Part shown: in pieces, positions 37,501 to 48,573 of the stretch
How the letters are laid out: every line of letters starts with the position of its first letter
Numbering within the stretch: position 1 is the stretch's first letter
Assembly: GCF_018350175.1 (NCBI RefSeq)
Contig: NC_058368.1
Coordinates: 149,360,001-149,424,000 of the forward strand
Reading direction: 5' to 3'
Length of the DNA stretch: 64,000 nt
From: Felis catus
Lineage: Eukaryota
Made by a program: the position numbers and the translations under genes
The notes under the pieces: generated by a model
The model's database searches: none
Seen by the model: the letters and a program-made list of their open reading frames with translations, nothing else
What the model was told of the DNA's origin: nothing

Positions 37501-37775
37501 TAACCACTCTTGGAATGATTCGTGGATGGAAACTTTTCCAGTAGTTGCTGGTTATTGAACTCACCTCCTACCATGGATTATTTTCTAAATTTCATCATAG
37601 TTAAAACTATTTTTTACCTCGAGGTTTTGAACTGCCTAATTCTCTGTGGATGCCTGCTGTACTGAATAACTTTCATTTAGGTCTGGCCCAGCTATATGTC
37701 TTGGTGTATTCTTATCTTCCTATAATACTGCTCAAGATCTTTATGCCCCCCAGGTGGACCTATAGCCAGGGGCCT

Positions 37776-37894
37776 AATCCACATTATACCATACCTAAAC
37801 CCATAAGAACACTGTTTTCAGGTGGGATGGAAAATCCACATTATACCATACCTAAACCCATAAGAACACTCTGTTTTCAGGTGGGCAGATGGAA
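37776..37894. repeat. Tandem duplication of a ~60-bp unique sequence
   Basis: aatccacattataccatacctaaacccataagaacact(ct)gttttcaggtggg(cag)atggaa at 37776-37832 and 37833-37894. Confidence 0.95.
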
Positions 37895-37958
37895 AATTCA
37901 TGGAAAATTATAAATCCATAGGACCCAAGTGTCTCATTAAAAAAGCAGTCAGGATACT

Positions 37959-38140
37959 CAGCACAGGGAAGATAGTCAACAATATTGTAGTAACATTGCA
38001 TGGTGACAGGTAGTAACAACATATATTGTGGTGAGAATTGAGTAACTATAGAGTTAGGAAATCACTATGTAGGACACCTGTAAGTAATACAACATTGTAT
38101 GTCAATTATATTTCAATAATAAAAATTTTACAAAAATAAT
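37959..38140 (+). mobile_element. Carnivore L1 (L1_Carn-like) 3' end
   Basis: 'atagtcaacaatattgtagtaacattgcatggtgacag...aatcactatgtaggacacctg...gtcaattatatttcaataataaaaa'; perfect 15-bp TSD agcagtcaggatact at 37944-37958 and 38141-38155. Confidence 0.92.
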
Positions 38141-38876
38141 AGCAGTCAGGATACTTAAATATAAAAAACATCTTGGAATAGAGTATTCAGATAACAATGA
38201 GTACATTTAAGAAATGCTCTATTGGATCATCTAGAAAATTTGTTCCCTGTGCAAAAAGATAATTTATTTTGTCCCATAAGGGAGGGGAGAAAGTCAAGGA
38301 AATAAACCTTGTTCGAGATGTTATCTGGTGACTAGAGAATAGAGGTCATTCTCTTTCCTATTCTGGACAACTCATTGCCTACTTTTCTTAAAGTGAACAT
38401 AGGTTCTGAACCTTCATGTTGACCTAAGTAATTTATGAATGTCCAAACTATGTAGACATAGGGGTCTGAAAAAAACAGTTGTCCCCTCACCCAGTCTAAG
38501 ATTAAGAAAAAGTCTAAGCTTAGAAATGGACAAAAGATGTCACTAAGTTACCTTTCAGTAGTGTGCTTTTGTCCAATGGATCCTCCAAGGATAATTCTAT
38601 TCTCTAGGAAAGTGTAATTTTAACTAATTTCCTTTGGACTAGGCTATTGCATGTTCTGTAGGTCTAGAGATCACATGGTAGAAGTTAAGTGGCAGGTGAA
38701 TTCCTCTTCATAGCAATGCAAATGCTTCCTATTCATAATTATGTAAATGAATTTTATCCAGTAGAAATAAAATTGAATTCCTCCTGGCTGAAATGATAAT
38801 GTAAACTTTACAATTTGTTGTCCAATAGGATATTAGGTAGTTTTGCTACTATTAACAAATTCATTTCAGCGTTCCT

Positions 38877-38879
<3 letters not shown>

Positions 38880-38926
<47 letters not shown>

Positions 38927-39004
38927 ACACACACACACACATATATGTATATACATATATATGTATATATATATTTAAAAATATACACATACCACATATA
39001 TATA
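38880..39004. repeat. Compound (TA)n/(CA)n microsatellite
   Basis: About 18 TA units, then CA and TA/TG runs. Confidence 0.97.
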
Positions 39005-40554
39005 AATTTTCTTTTGAAATTTATTGCTTTCCTCATTTATAAATTACTTAACATCTTCAATGCATATTCATTTTTTCTTTGCAGAAAAGGAATTTTATTT
39101 TTTCAAAAAGTATTCTTTACCATTCTGTGTCTCTGTACCTTACCAAAACGGAGCTTCATTACCAGGATCTTTGGGGTTGATCAGACATTCTGTAGCATCT
39201 AGAGTGTCTCACATGAATACTGCCTTCTTTCCTAATTCTACTCATTTTTTCTTCCAAAGTCCATCACTTGAAAAAAAAAAAACTGTATCCACAACACTCC
39301 CATATTTTTGTTCTCCACAACACTATTCCTTTATAAAATCACAACTCCCTTGCCTTGGAAATTCTCTTGCACCAATGTCTCTTTTACATCTTGTAAATTG
39401 TGTAGCCTAATCTCTGCTACTGGCTGAAGGGAAGGATGATTTTTGGCCTGATGGGTAGAGGAAAAAATCACGTTGGAAATTGCCTAAGTTTGGCCATTAC
39501 TTGGTCTTTCTAAAGATGGAGGAAAAACAAACAAACAAACAACAACAACAACAAAAAACACTGTAAAGTTTAAATCATTTGCCCAGAAAACTTAACCAGG
39601 GCTATATGAGATTTCTATTCCTCCTTTTAACATATCTTTGACTTGACTGTGCTAAAAATGCATTCCCCTTGCCATTTCCCCCACCCCACATATATCCTGG
39701 CTCACATTCTAAAGCTTTCCCCCCTTAGTACAACGATAAGCAGCTCTTGTCCACCACTCCGGCCTAATTCTGCGTTTTTTCCCCTTCTGTCTATAGTAGA
39801 TGGCAAAAACCAGGGTTATTAGGGATTAATGGAGTATATCTATCTGCAAAGGTAACCAACCCCACCTCAAAAGAACTAAATCCAGTGGAGATGTGAACAT
39901 ATGTATTCCACCATGATCACTAATATGGTCTCTTCTTTAGTGGTACTTGACCCATGACAAGTACTCAGTTAACATCTATTGAATGAGTGAATAAAAATAG
40001 TTTCTTAAATGGCATCATTAAGCCTCAAGATACAAAGGTACCGGCTATACTCTTATTCTATGTCCTTGGTTTAGAGATTGCTTGTGAATATAAGCATCTT
40101 CAATGAACTCAAGTCCCAAGTGACAATTAAAAGTGTCTCTAATTGAGAGAATCTTAAAAAGTCATTAACTTTGTAATCCTGTTTTCATTCTTTGATTTTA
40201 TCCTATCCTAATTTTTCTGAACTGAAGAAAGTTTCTGTGATAGAATAAAATCTCTCTTCCTGAGTCATGCTGCTAACTCCCATTATGTGTTCAGCTAACA
40301 TTGTGTACGCCTGCCTGAATTTCTTTTGATGCCTTTGTTCTGCCCAAACCCCTTCTGGTAAAAAGGAGTTCATAGACAGGAAATGAGTGGATAGAAGGGG
40401 AAATAACATACACACACTTTGAAATGAAAAATAAACCAAAGTACCATCATTGTTGAATGGTGATGGGCTCAGCCTCAAACAATACTTTGCAGAATTTCTC
40501 TCCTGTAGAGAGATGTCAATGTTTCACCTTGAATGGAAAATTGTTACATCCTAG

Positions 40555-40556
<2 letters not shown>

Positions 40557-40584
<28 letters not shown>
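40557..40584. repeat. A28 homopolymer
   Basis: 28 consecutive A. Confidence 0.97.
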
Positions 40585-40589
<5 letters not shown>

Positions 40590-40822
40590 TTTTCCTCACA
40601 TCTTTGATTTGCAGCTAATGTCAAACTTCATATATTTCAGGCAGGGGTCAAAATTGTTATTACCACTAAACTAGGAAGAGTCTGGAGATTAACTCTGTGT
40701 GAGGGGGTCCTGAGGTCTGCACATCAGAGTTGGAGATGTGAATTCTTTGGTTTTGATTTTGGTTCTAGTAATTTGTTTCCGAGGTAACACATCACTTCTG
40801 TAGGTAGAAACCAGACTTTCCT

Positions 40823-41020
40823 GAGGTGCCTGGGTTGAGTGTCCAGCTCTTCATTTTGGCTCAGGTCATGATCCCAGGGTTGTGGATTGGGACCCTTGTT
40901 GGGTTCCATGCTGAGCGTAGAGCCTGCTTGGGATTCTCTGTCTCTCTCCCTCTGCCACTCTCACCCACTCCTCCTCGCTCTCGCTCTCTCTCTCTCTCTC
41001 TCTCAAAAGAAAAAGGAAAT
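40823..41020 (+). mobile_element. Feline Can-SINE (Fc2-like)
   Basis: 'ttttggctcaggtcatgatcccagggttgtgg...gagcctgcttgggattctc', (CT)n; degenerate 18-bp TSD at 40807-40824 and 41021-41038 (3 mismatches). Confidence 0.92.
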
Positions 41021-41409
41021 GAAATCAAACTTTCTTGATAGAGTTTCATTTATTTGTCAACTTTGAAGATGAAAAAAAAGTTTTTTTCCCCACTATTCCA
41101 TAGCTGTAACAAACTTTGAGAATGAATTCCTGAATCTAATCATTAACATCCCTTTCATAGAAATCCTGAAGCATTCTGGACCACTTTATCATTACTGCTA
41201 CCAACAGTTTGCACTGCCAAGGGACTTTGCAGGCTTTTGTGACACTGAAGGAGAAAAATCCCCACATTCTTGGATTGGAAAAGGGAACACACAGCTGCCC
41301 TCTTGCATTGTTATTTTAAAGAGAAACCTCCTTTAATTTTCTAGGACAGGTTTCAGATTAACAAAATTATGATCGTGATCATATTCTTTTTCCTTTTTAA
41401 TTTTATTGT

Positions 41410-41600
41410 AAACTTTTCACAATGTTTTCAAATAATTTTGTTATCTGAGGTAACAAACTACCTCTGAAGTAGTAGGATAAATATTAAGCATCCTTATTTT
41501 ATAAGGGAGGTAACACCAAAGTGACTTGCCCAAGACCATACACCTCCCCCACAGATCCAGGACAGGACAGTGTTCTCCTGATTGTTAGGCCAGGGCTCTT
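41410..41600 (-). mobile_element. Degraded MIR
   Basis: 'catccttattttataagggaggtaac...aagtgacttgcccaagaccatacac'. Confidence 0.65.
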
Positions 41601-41789
41601 ACCCTGAACTTGCCATCATAGTTGCAGTCTGAGTCTTCCCACTGGGTAAATGTGGAAGTCAAAAGGCTAAAGACTAAAAAGTTTGCCAGAGGACAGATGG
41701 TCATTTCTGGAAGCAATAATGGTAAGAGGATCAAGAAAATGATAAGTCAGCTAAAAGAGAGGTAAAGAGAAAGGAAAAAAGAAAGTGAA

Positions 41790-41990
41790 CAGTTTCTCAA
41801 TTCCTACTCTATGCCAAGACCTCTTCCACTAGGATCTCATTCCACCCCTATACCAGCCTGATGCAGTAAACTAAGTAATCCTTCCTTACAGTCAGGAATC
41901 TGAGGTTCCAAGAAGCCACCTGTTGTGCCTAGTGTCACAGCTTTGCTGAACTGAGATTTGAGATCAGTCTATCTCCAAAGTCTGTATTCA
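41790..41990 (-). mobile_element. Degraded MIR
   Basis: 'cctactctatgccaagac...ttacagtcaggaatctgaggtt...gtcacagc...ctgagatttgagatcagtct'. Confidence 0.6.
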
Positions 41991-44487
41991 TTTTGCTAAA
42001 CATAAATTGTATGACCTGAGACGTCAAAGGGCAGGTCTCTAAACATCTAGAGAATATTCTGTAACGTTCACACAAAGATTTCAGGTATAGCTGAGCACAG
42101 CTGACAGACAGACTGGATGTTAACCTCCATGGAGAGTATATAGGGAAGAGTTGTACAGTCATTGTTGTCCAGCCTCATGCACAGAGAAGTAGTAAAATCA
42201 TAAACAGCACTGTCTCTGAGTATTTAATATCAAATCTAATATCTGAAAGTAGAGAGTAAATTCTAGAGTGCCACAAAAAATGAAAGGTGAGGTTACCTCC
42301 AGGAAATAAAATACCTTGATTGTGCTTTAAATGCAAGTTTCTCCAGAAAGGGAACCATTGTTTGTTTTTTTCCTAAAATTTCCCCAAGGAAAGACTAGAT
42401 GTAAAGGCCAGGAAGGAAGGAAAGAACAACAAAATATGTTAATGTTAACCTCAGTGCTCTCAAACTGTTGTACTAACAGCATAACAACATTCAGTGCTTG
42501 GCTTTTTTTCCCCCCCAAGCTTTTTTGATTTATAAACTTTTTTAATGGAATTAGGTTTATTTCTTATGGAAATAACTGAAGCTCACTGGGGTTGGAAGCA
42601 AGTCGGGGGTCCCACAGGTATAAGGAGCAGAACCAGAGCTGGTCCCTACTAGCTCCTAGTCCACACCTAGTGTTTATGCCACCCTCCCCAAAGGGCACAT
42701 TCATTTCCAATTATTGAAGATAATTATGGCAATGAGAATTCCTATTGTGAGAAATTCAATACACCTGGAAATCTGTATATAAAAAGGCTGTGTTTTGACC
42801 CCTGTGGAAGAGAAATTATGGAATAATGAAGTGCTTTGTATTAGAACATTAGTGACATTTTTAAAGCATTTTACGATATATAATGAACCCTCCCAGCAAT
42901 CTTAAATAATAGCAATGCTGGTGATTGTTTTGCATCTGAGGAAACCAAACAGCCAGCATTATTTGATCAAGTTCTCTCCAGATATGTTAACAAGGTGTTA
43001 GCTACCAGAGTTAAATACCTGCTCCTTATCCCCATTCCAAAATAAACACAATTATTCAGATGAGGAATCTGAGACCCAGTTTATAAGACTGTGCAGAATT
43101 AATGACAGAATAGGAGGAATGCATTTTAACCAATAACTCTTACTCCTTTAGTTGGGAAGCCTACGTGACCAACATTTCCATGGAGGGGGAAGTGGGGGAA
43201 GAGGGCCGAATACTGCCTCAGACTGTGGCTCTTAAGTGAGTGGGAAGTTAAAGAGTTACATGACATCTTTCCTCTCTGGTCAAGTTTTGTCAGTAGAAGG
43301 CATTTACATTCTGGCAGCAGGAACCCCCTGATATTCCTGTTGGCACATTCTATGTAGAAGTAGGCCTGCTGTGACCTAGAAAAACAGTGAATTCATTTGC
43401 ATAATCAGTGCACTGTCCTTGTGGAAGTATATTTAGAAGGGCCACGTTTGCAAGAATGGGATTGAGATGCTTTTGAATAAAACCCACATGGCCTTTCTTT
43501 TAAGCATCCGTGAGATGTACTACTCAGGAGGGGCTGCGATTTCTTGCCAACTCGGGATTAATGCAGTATTTTACTAAAAGGGGTTTTAATTTATCAAACA
43601 CATTACTCTAAGAGCGGCTCCATTCAGCAAGTATAAATGCATTAAAACATAGTTGGAAGCATTTATGAATGTCAGGGCTATGCATGGTTGTTAAAAGAAG
43701 TTAGCATTAAATTTGTAGTCAATTATAGGAAGAATACATACCTTCTGATCCTCGTGTAGTCACTGATTAATCATGTCCCATGGATGTGTCACTTAAATTT
43801 TATTGGCATCTATTTCCTCATTTATGGAATAAAGGGTTGAATTCACAGGTCACTGACTTCAGGCCCCTAAGTAGAATTTGACCAATATAGATATATTTGT
43901 TCAGCTCCGTGTTTTAAAGAATTGTGAATGCGAATGATAGTTTTGATCCTCCTTTGAGTTTGCTGTTATTGCAGTTCCCTTTCTCAGCCTGGAGAGAAGC
44001 AAAGTCTTCTCCATCCTATTCTGAATTCTTCTCCATCCTACTCATTGCATTAACTTCTTCAACCTGCTTTCTTCACTCCTCTTCATTTGTCAAGATACAT
44101 TTGGTGACTGGATATAAAGGATTCCTCCACTTGAGCCACATTCTCCAAGAGCTGTATAGATCCACAGAGTATAGGTGGTGAAGTGGGGCCGCAGAGCTCC
44201 GAGCTGTTACATGTCTTCCCCTAGCTCCCTGCCTGTCTGAGCCTGACAGTGCTAGCTGAGGCACACAGAACTCAGCTGCCTCAACACTAGCACAGTCAAT
44301 ACACGGCGGAAGAAATGTCAGGACCCTCACAGCAAATCCGTCAAGTCCATCCTTGTAGCATGTTTGGGGGAGAATCTGGACATCAACAGCTATGCAGTGA
44401 ACATAACTCTCGCTAAAATATGCGAGACTCTCTTTGTTGTGTCTCAAGTTCTTTGAGGCCCAAAGTAACTAACACCTTCCTTTCCAG

Positions 44488-44715
44488 GACAGCATGCTCG
44501 CTGCCCATTTAGAAGACAACGTTTAGGAGCAGCCAGGGACAGCTAACTCCTTCATGTCTCAATCTTGAGGGGAGTGTTGGAAACCACTGCCCCTGCCTAC
44601 ACTTTGGCATCTAACTATTTGTGCTGAGTCCTCTGCAGAAACCTGGGAGATGCATGAGTTACAAGGCTGCCCAATAGCAAGTTAGATGAGCAACCAGGGA
44701 AATTAAAGGACAGGT
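44488..44715 (+). other. Candidate non-coding exon (228 nt)
   Basis: Branch-point-like actaac, pyrimidine tract accttcctttccAG|G, donor |GTAAGT at 44716-44721; stops in all three frames. Confidence 0.3.
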
Positions 44716-45344
44716 GTAAGTGAAATGTGTGTGTGTGAAATAGAAGCGGAACAGTCATGCCATAGAGAGCAGAAGAATATTCTAAATGACTTGTTGTATA
44801 TTTGGTCACTTCATGTATGGTGTCAATCTCAAACCATTTGTTATTGAGAGTAAAACTTAAAAGTTTTTCCAATAAACTGTTAACAATGAACTATGAAAGA
44901 GAAAGTATATGTTAAATAAAAAACTAAATGCAGAATTTTCGTTTTATGCAAAGTAGATGCAGAAAAATTAGTATGCAGGAAATATTTTTTGTATTTACTA
45001 TGTATCAGGGGAGAAATCATAATATTGCTGAACATATGAGAACCGGAAGACAGAAATCTACTGAAAACCTGTGTTCTTCAATTACTAGTTACTTAAGAAG
45101 ACTATACCCAAAGTCAAAACATTGACAAGTGTTCATTGACATCAATGACTCTTTTTCTAAATTATTTTTTTATTTTAATTCCAAGTTTTTACGGGAGTAT
45201 ATAAAAAGTGAAGCTAGAGCTGTTAAGAATGATCTCCATTAACAGAAAATTAACTTTATGGTAACATAGGCCAATTTTATGTGGGGTCTTCAGGTTCTTC
45301 AAATAGAAAATAATTAAGTTATTTACAATAAGGATTTCAGTTTT

Positions 45345-45500
45345 TATCCAGGGAGTAAATTGGACTGTCCAGGACATGTGCTCTGTGTCATAACTGCTCT
45401 GCTGCACAAAACTGCATAGATGACACGTGATGAATGGATACGGCTGAGTTCTGGTAAAACTTAATTCATGAAACATAAAATGTCTTTCACTAGGGCATTG
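45345..45500. mobile_element. MER58-like hAT-Charlie remnant
   Basis: 'ctctgtgtcataactgctctgc...catagatgacacgtgatgaatggatacggctgagttctggtaaaacttaattcatgaaac'. Confidence 0.6.
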
Positions 45501-45561
45501 AATATATGATAAAATACACGAAACTGTTGTTAAAACAATTAGCAGCGATTTCATATTGTTC

Positions 45562-45935
45562 AACCTGTTAAATTATATTACATCCATACATTGGAAATAC
45601 TCCGGTGTACAAGAATGAGGAGAGAGCCTCTATATACAATACATAAGGATATCTAGTATATATTAACTTAAAAAAAAAGATTCGTAGGACTCTGTGTACA
45701 GCATGCTGCCATTTAAGCAAGAGATAAGATATTCATATCGTGTATTTACTTCATTATTTGAAACATCCCTGAAAGGATAAAGAAGCATCAAGAGTGGTTA
45801 CCTGCTTTGGGAGGAGGTAAAGAGGTGAGACTTTGTGGATGAAGGGAAGAAAGGTGGAAAATCTTTCACTGCATACCCATTTGTAGTTTTTGAGTTTTAA
45901 AACTTGAAAACCCAAAGTTTTAAGTAAAAATTTAA
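45562..45935 (+). mobile_element. Old L1 (L1ME-like) 3' end
   Basis: 'aaattatattacatccatacattggaaatact...tgtgtacagcatgctgccatt...agagtggttacctgctttgggagg...tttcactgcatacccatttgtagtttttga'. Confidence 0.7.
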
Positions 45936-46015
45936 AAGTGTACTTTCAACTCCACACATCATATACAATTGCACCCGGATATATTTTATTTCCGCATTTG
46001 TGTATTTGTTTTACT

Positions 46016-46055
46016 TTTTTATTTGTTTACTTATTCATTTTTGAGATACAGAGAC
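46016..46055 (-). mobile_element. Orphan Can-SINE tail (3' end)
   Basis: tttttatttgtttacttattcatttttgagatacagagac is an antisense SINE tail with no body attached. Confidence 0.8.
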
Positions 46056-46099
46056 TACTTCAGTTTTGTGCAACTTTTCCTATTGAAAAATGAAGCATA

Positions 46100-46302
46100 G
46101 GAACTCCGGGGTGGCTCAGTCAGTTAAACAGTTAAGTGTCCAACTCTTGATTTCAGTTCAGGTTATGATCTCATGGTGGTGTGATTGAACCTGCTGAGGA
46201 CTCTGTGTTAGGCTTGGAGCCTGCTTAAGATTCTCTCCTTCTCTGTCTGCTCCTCCCCCGCTCATGTGCGCACACAGTCTCTCTCACTTTCTCTGTCTCT
46301 GT
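46100..46302 (+). mobile_element. Tailless Can-SINE body (Fc2-like), inverted relative to its tail
   Basis: ggaactccggggtggctcagtcagtt...gagcctgcttaagattctc...(CT)n ends abruptly at gtctctgt with no A tail. Confidence 0.9.
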
Positions 46303-46696
46303 TTGATTGTATGTAGTTCAAACACATATGACTTCTTTTAACATGAACAAGCAAAAAGATGACTTTACAAGTTGATTGTTTCTAAGGTGTGCCCTTAAAA
46401 ATTTTTTAACTGAAGCAGATTTGCTAAGATTAGCAAAACCGTACCCAGTGTGGTGATTTCTGTATGAAAATAGCTGGTTTACTCCATCTACTGATGGGCA
46501 CACAAAATAAAGAACTGGAAAAATGATAGACTGATTAAACTGTTCATTAAACAATGTGATATATGTATATATATAAAATACCCACACACCTAAGCTGATA
46601 GACTTCAAGTCAGTAGGTATATTACCCATTTATTCTCTTTCTGGTACTTTAAGAATGTAAATTGCATAGCTTTCCAGAGTTCCCTAAATTATCACT

Positions 46697-46886
46697 AGTA
46701 CTATCTAATAGAACTTTCTGAAATGATGGAAATGTTCTGTACCCCCATTATCTAATATAGTAACCATTAGCCACACAGGGCTATTGAGGACTTAAAATGT
46801 GGCTAGATGCACACGATTTTTTATTTTATTTAATTTTAACTTAAGCCAAAATAGAGTAACTAGGGGCTACTCTGTTAGAAAGTTCA
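46697..46886. mobile_element. MER3 hAT-Charlie MITE
   Basis: 'ctaatagaactttctgaaatgatggaaatgttctgt...tagccacacagggctattgaggacttaaaatgtggctag'. Confidence 0.88.
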
Positions 46887-47019
46887 ATCAATTTCCTTTG
46901 AAAAACAAATAGGTTGTCTCTCAGTGTGGTTTTAGCCTATTCTTTTTTCTTACATCTGACACTTTTCTTATATTTTTTGTTTTGTTTTGTTTTTGTTTTT
47001 TTCCTTCTTGTCGAATGAA

Positions 47020-47800
47020 TGCTTGGCTGGTTCTTTCCGTGAGGGTCTGTGCGTGGTAAGTTCTTTGTCTTCTTATGTCAGAAATACCCTAATTTGCTCA
47101 CATTCTTGTGTAGTCATTTGGCTGATAGAAAATTTTATGCTGACAGTTATTTTTCCCTAGCATTTTCAAGCTGTTGTTCCATTATGTTCTGGCAGCTATT
47201 GTTGCTGATAAACAGTTAGCTGGAGTGTATTTGACTTATTTTTCTCTCTGTCTCTCTAGTAGTGTTTTGTTTATTCTTCATATTTTACAGCTTTGTTATT
47301 ATGAGTCTTGGTGAGAACTTAAGGTTATTTTTCTTGGCATTTGAAGGGTACTTTCAACTTGCGGACCTGTATCTATTTTAAATTGTGGAAACCATTCAAC
47401 TATTATAGCTGCAAGTATGGATTCTCCATCACTTTCTCTATTCCTTTCTGGAAGTTTTACAAGTCTCACTTTATCTTCCATGCCTCTTCCTCTCATCTCT
47501 TTATCTGACTAGCAAACTAGTAAACTAGGTGGATTCTGGTGAAGTCCTCAACCACTTGACTAATTTGCTCTTAGACTATGCCAAATGAGCCTTGTCCATA
47601 ATTTCTTATTCTTTTATTTATCTCCTCGATATTCTCAACATATTATTATTCCTTTATTTTTCTTTCATTTTTTTATTAATCTCCTTGATATTTTTCAACA
47701 TACTTATTTTAATATGTTTTTTCAGATTCCCATGTTAACTAATGTCATTAGAATCAAATCTTTATTTTGATACTGATAGAGTATTTTTCTTTGAACTTTT
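47020..47800 (-). mobile_element. Ancient L1/HAL1 ORF1-like remnant
   Basis: ORF 47299-47496 'LPERNRESDGESILAAIIVEWFPQFKIDTGPQVESTLQMPRK' resembles L1 ORF1p 'PE...E.I...II.ENFPNL....QIQE..R.P.K'. Confidence 0.7.
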
Positions 47801-47951
47801 GGGTTGCAACCTCATGTGGATGGGAAATCTTCTTTCTCACCCTACTGAACCCTGTGGTTGACTCCACCCAGAGCCCTGAGGACCATAAACTCTGCTCAGT
47901 GATATAATGATACATGGGGTTTCTCTCCACGCAATATGTTAGATACCATGG

Positions 47952-48059
47952 CTAGTATGCCTCCCATACTAGCCTCCCATACTAGTATGCCTCTCATACT
48001 AGTATGCCTCCCATACTAGTATGTCTCTCATACTAGTATGCCTCCCATACTCCCATACT
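47952..48059. repeat. 17-bp minisatellite (ctagtatgcctcccata)n, about 6.5 units
   Basis: Units start at 47952, 47969 (4-nt deletion), 47982, 47999, 48016 and 48033; junctions form the palindrome catactagtatg. Confidence 0.96.
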
Positions 48060-48325
48060 GGCTTAGTTTACATCTACAAGTTATGTCTGCATCCTCCTAC
48101 CTCTCTAAGCTGAAATGCTGTTTAAGCTATAGATCCAGGTCAATCTCTCCAACAGATTTGTTTCATACTCCTTTCTTGTGCAGGGTTAACTTACCTTTCC
48201 ATTGACACAGGTCCCATCTCCCTTCACATGGAACACTTTTAGTCTTTTACTGTACAGGGGGCCAAACTCCCGGTGACCTCTACTTGCTTCTGGACCAGAA
48301 GTCCATCAAGACCATAACTTCTTCT

Positions 48326-48490
48326 GGGACACCCCGGTGGCTCAGTCAGTAGAACATCTGACTTTGGCTCAGGTTATGGTCTCATGGTTCATGAGTTCAA
48401 ATCCCTCACTGGGCTCTGTGTGTCCGGCTCTGAGCCTGGAGTCTGCTTCCAATTCTGTGTTTCTGGCTCTCTCTGCCCCTCCCGACTCAA

Positions 48491-48539
<49 letters not shown>

Positions 48540-48573
48540 AATAAATAAACATTAAAAAAAATTAAAAAAATAC
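48326..48573 (+). mobile_element. Feline Can-SINE
   Basis: Full body with long (CT)n; TSD accataacttct at 48311-48322 and 48574-48585. Confidence 0.95.

Noticed and set aside
40557..40584. A28 as another solo poly(A) insertion
   Set aside because: No convincing flanking direct repeat, unlike 10057-10105.
44073..44447. 124-aa minus-strand ORF as a gene or named pseudogene
   Set aside because: Non-ATG start and no similarity I can recognise; kept only as part of a low-confidence finding.
47952..48059. CRISPR-like array (palindromic repeats; also the repeat-spacer pattern at 5933-6010)
   Set aside because: No unique spacers of about 30 nt, no cas genes and a mammalian context; these are tandem or templated repeats.
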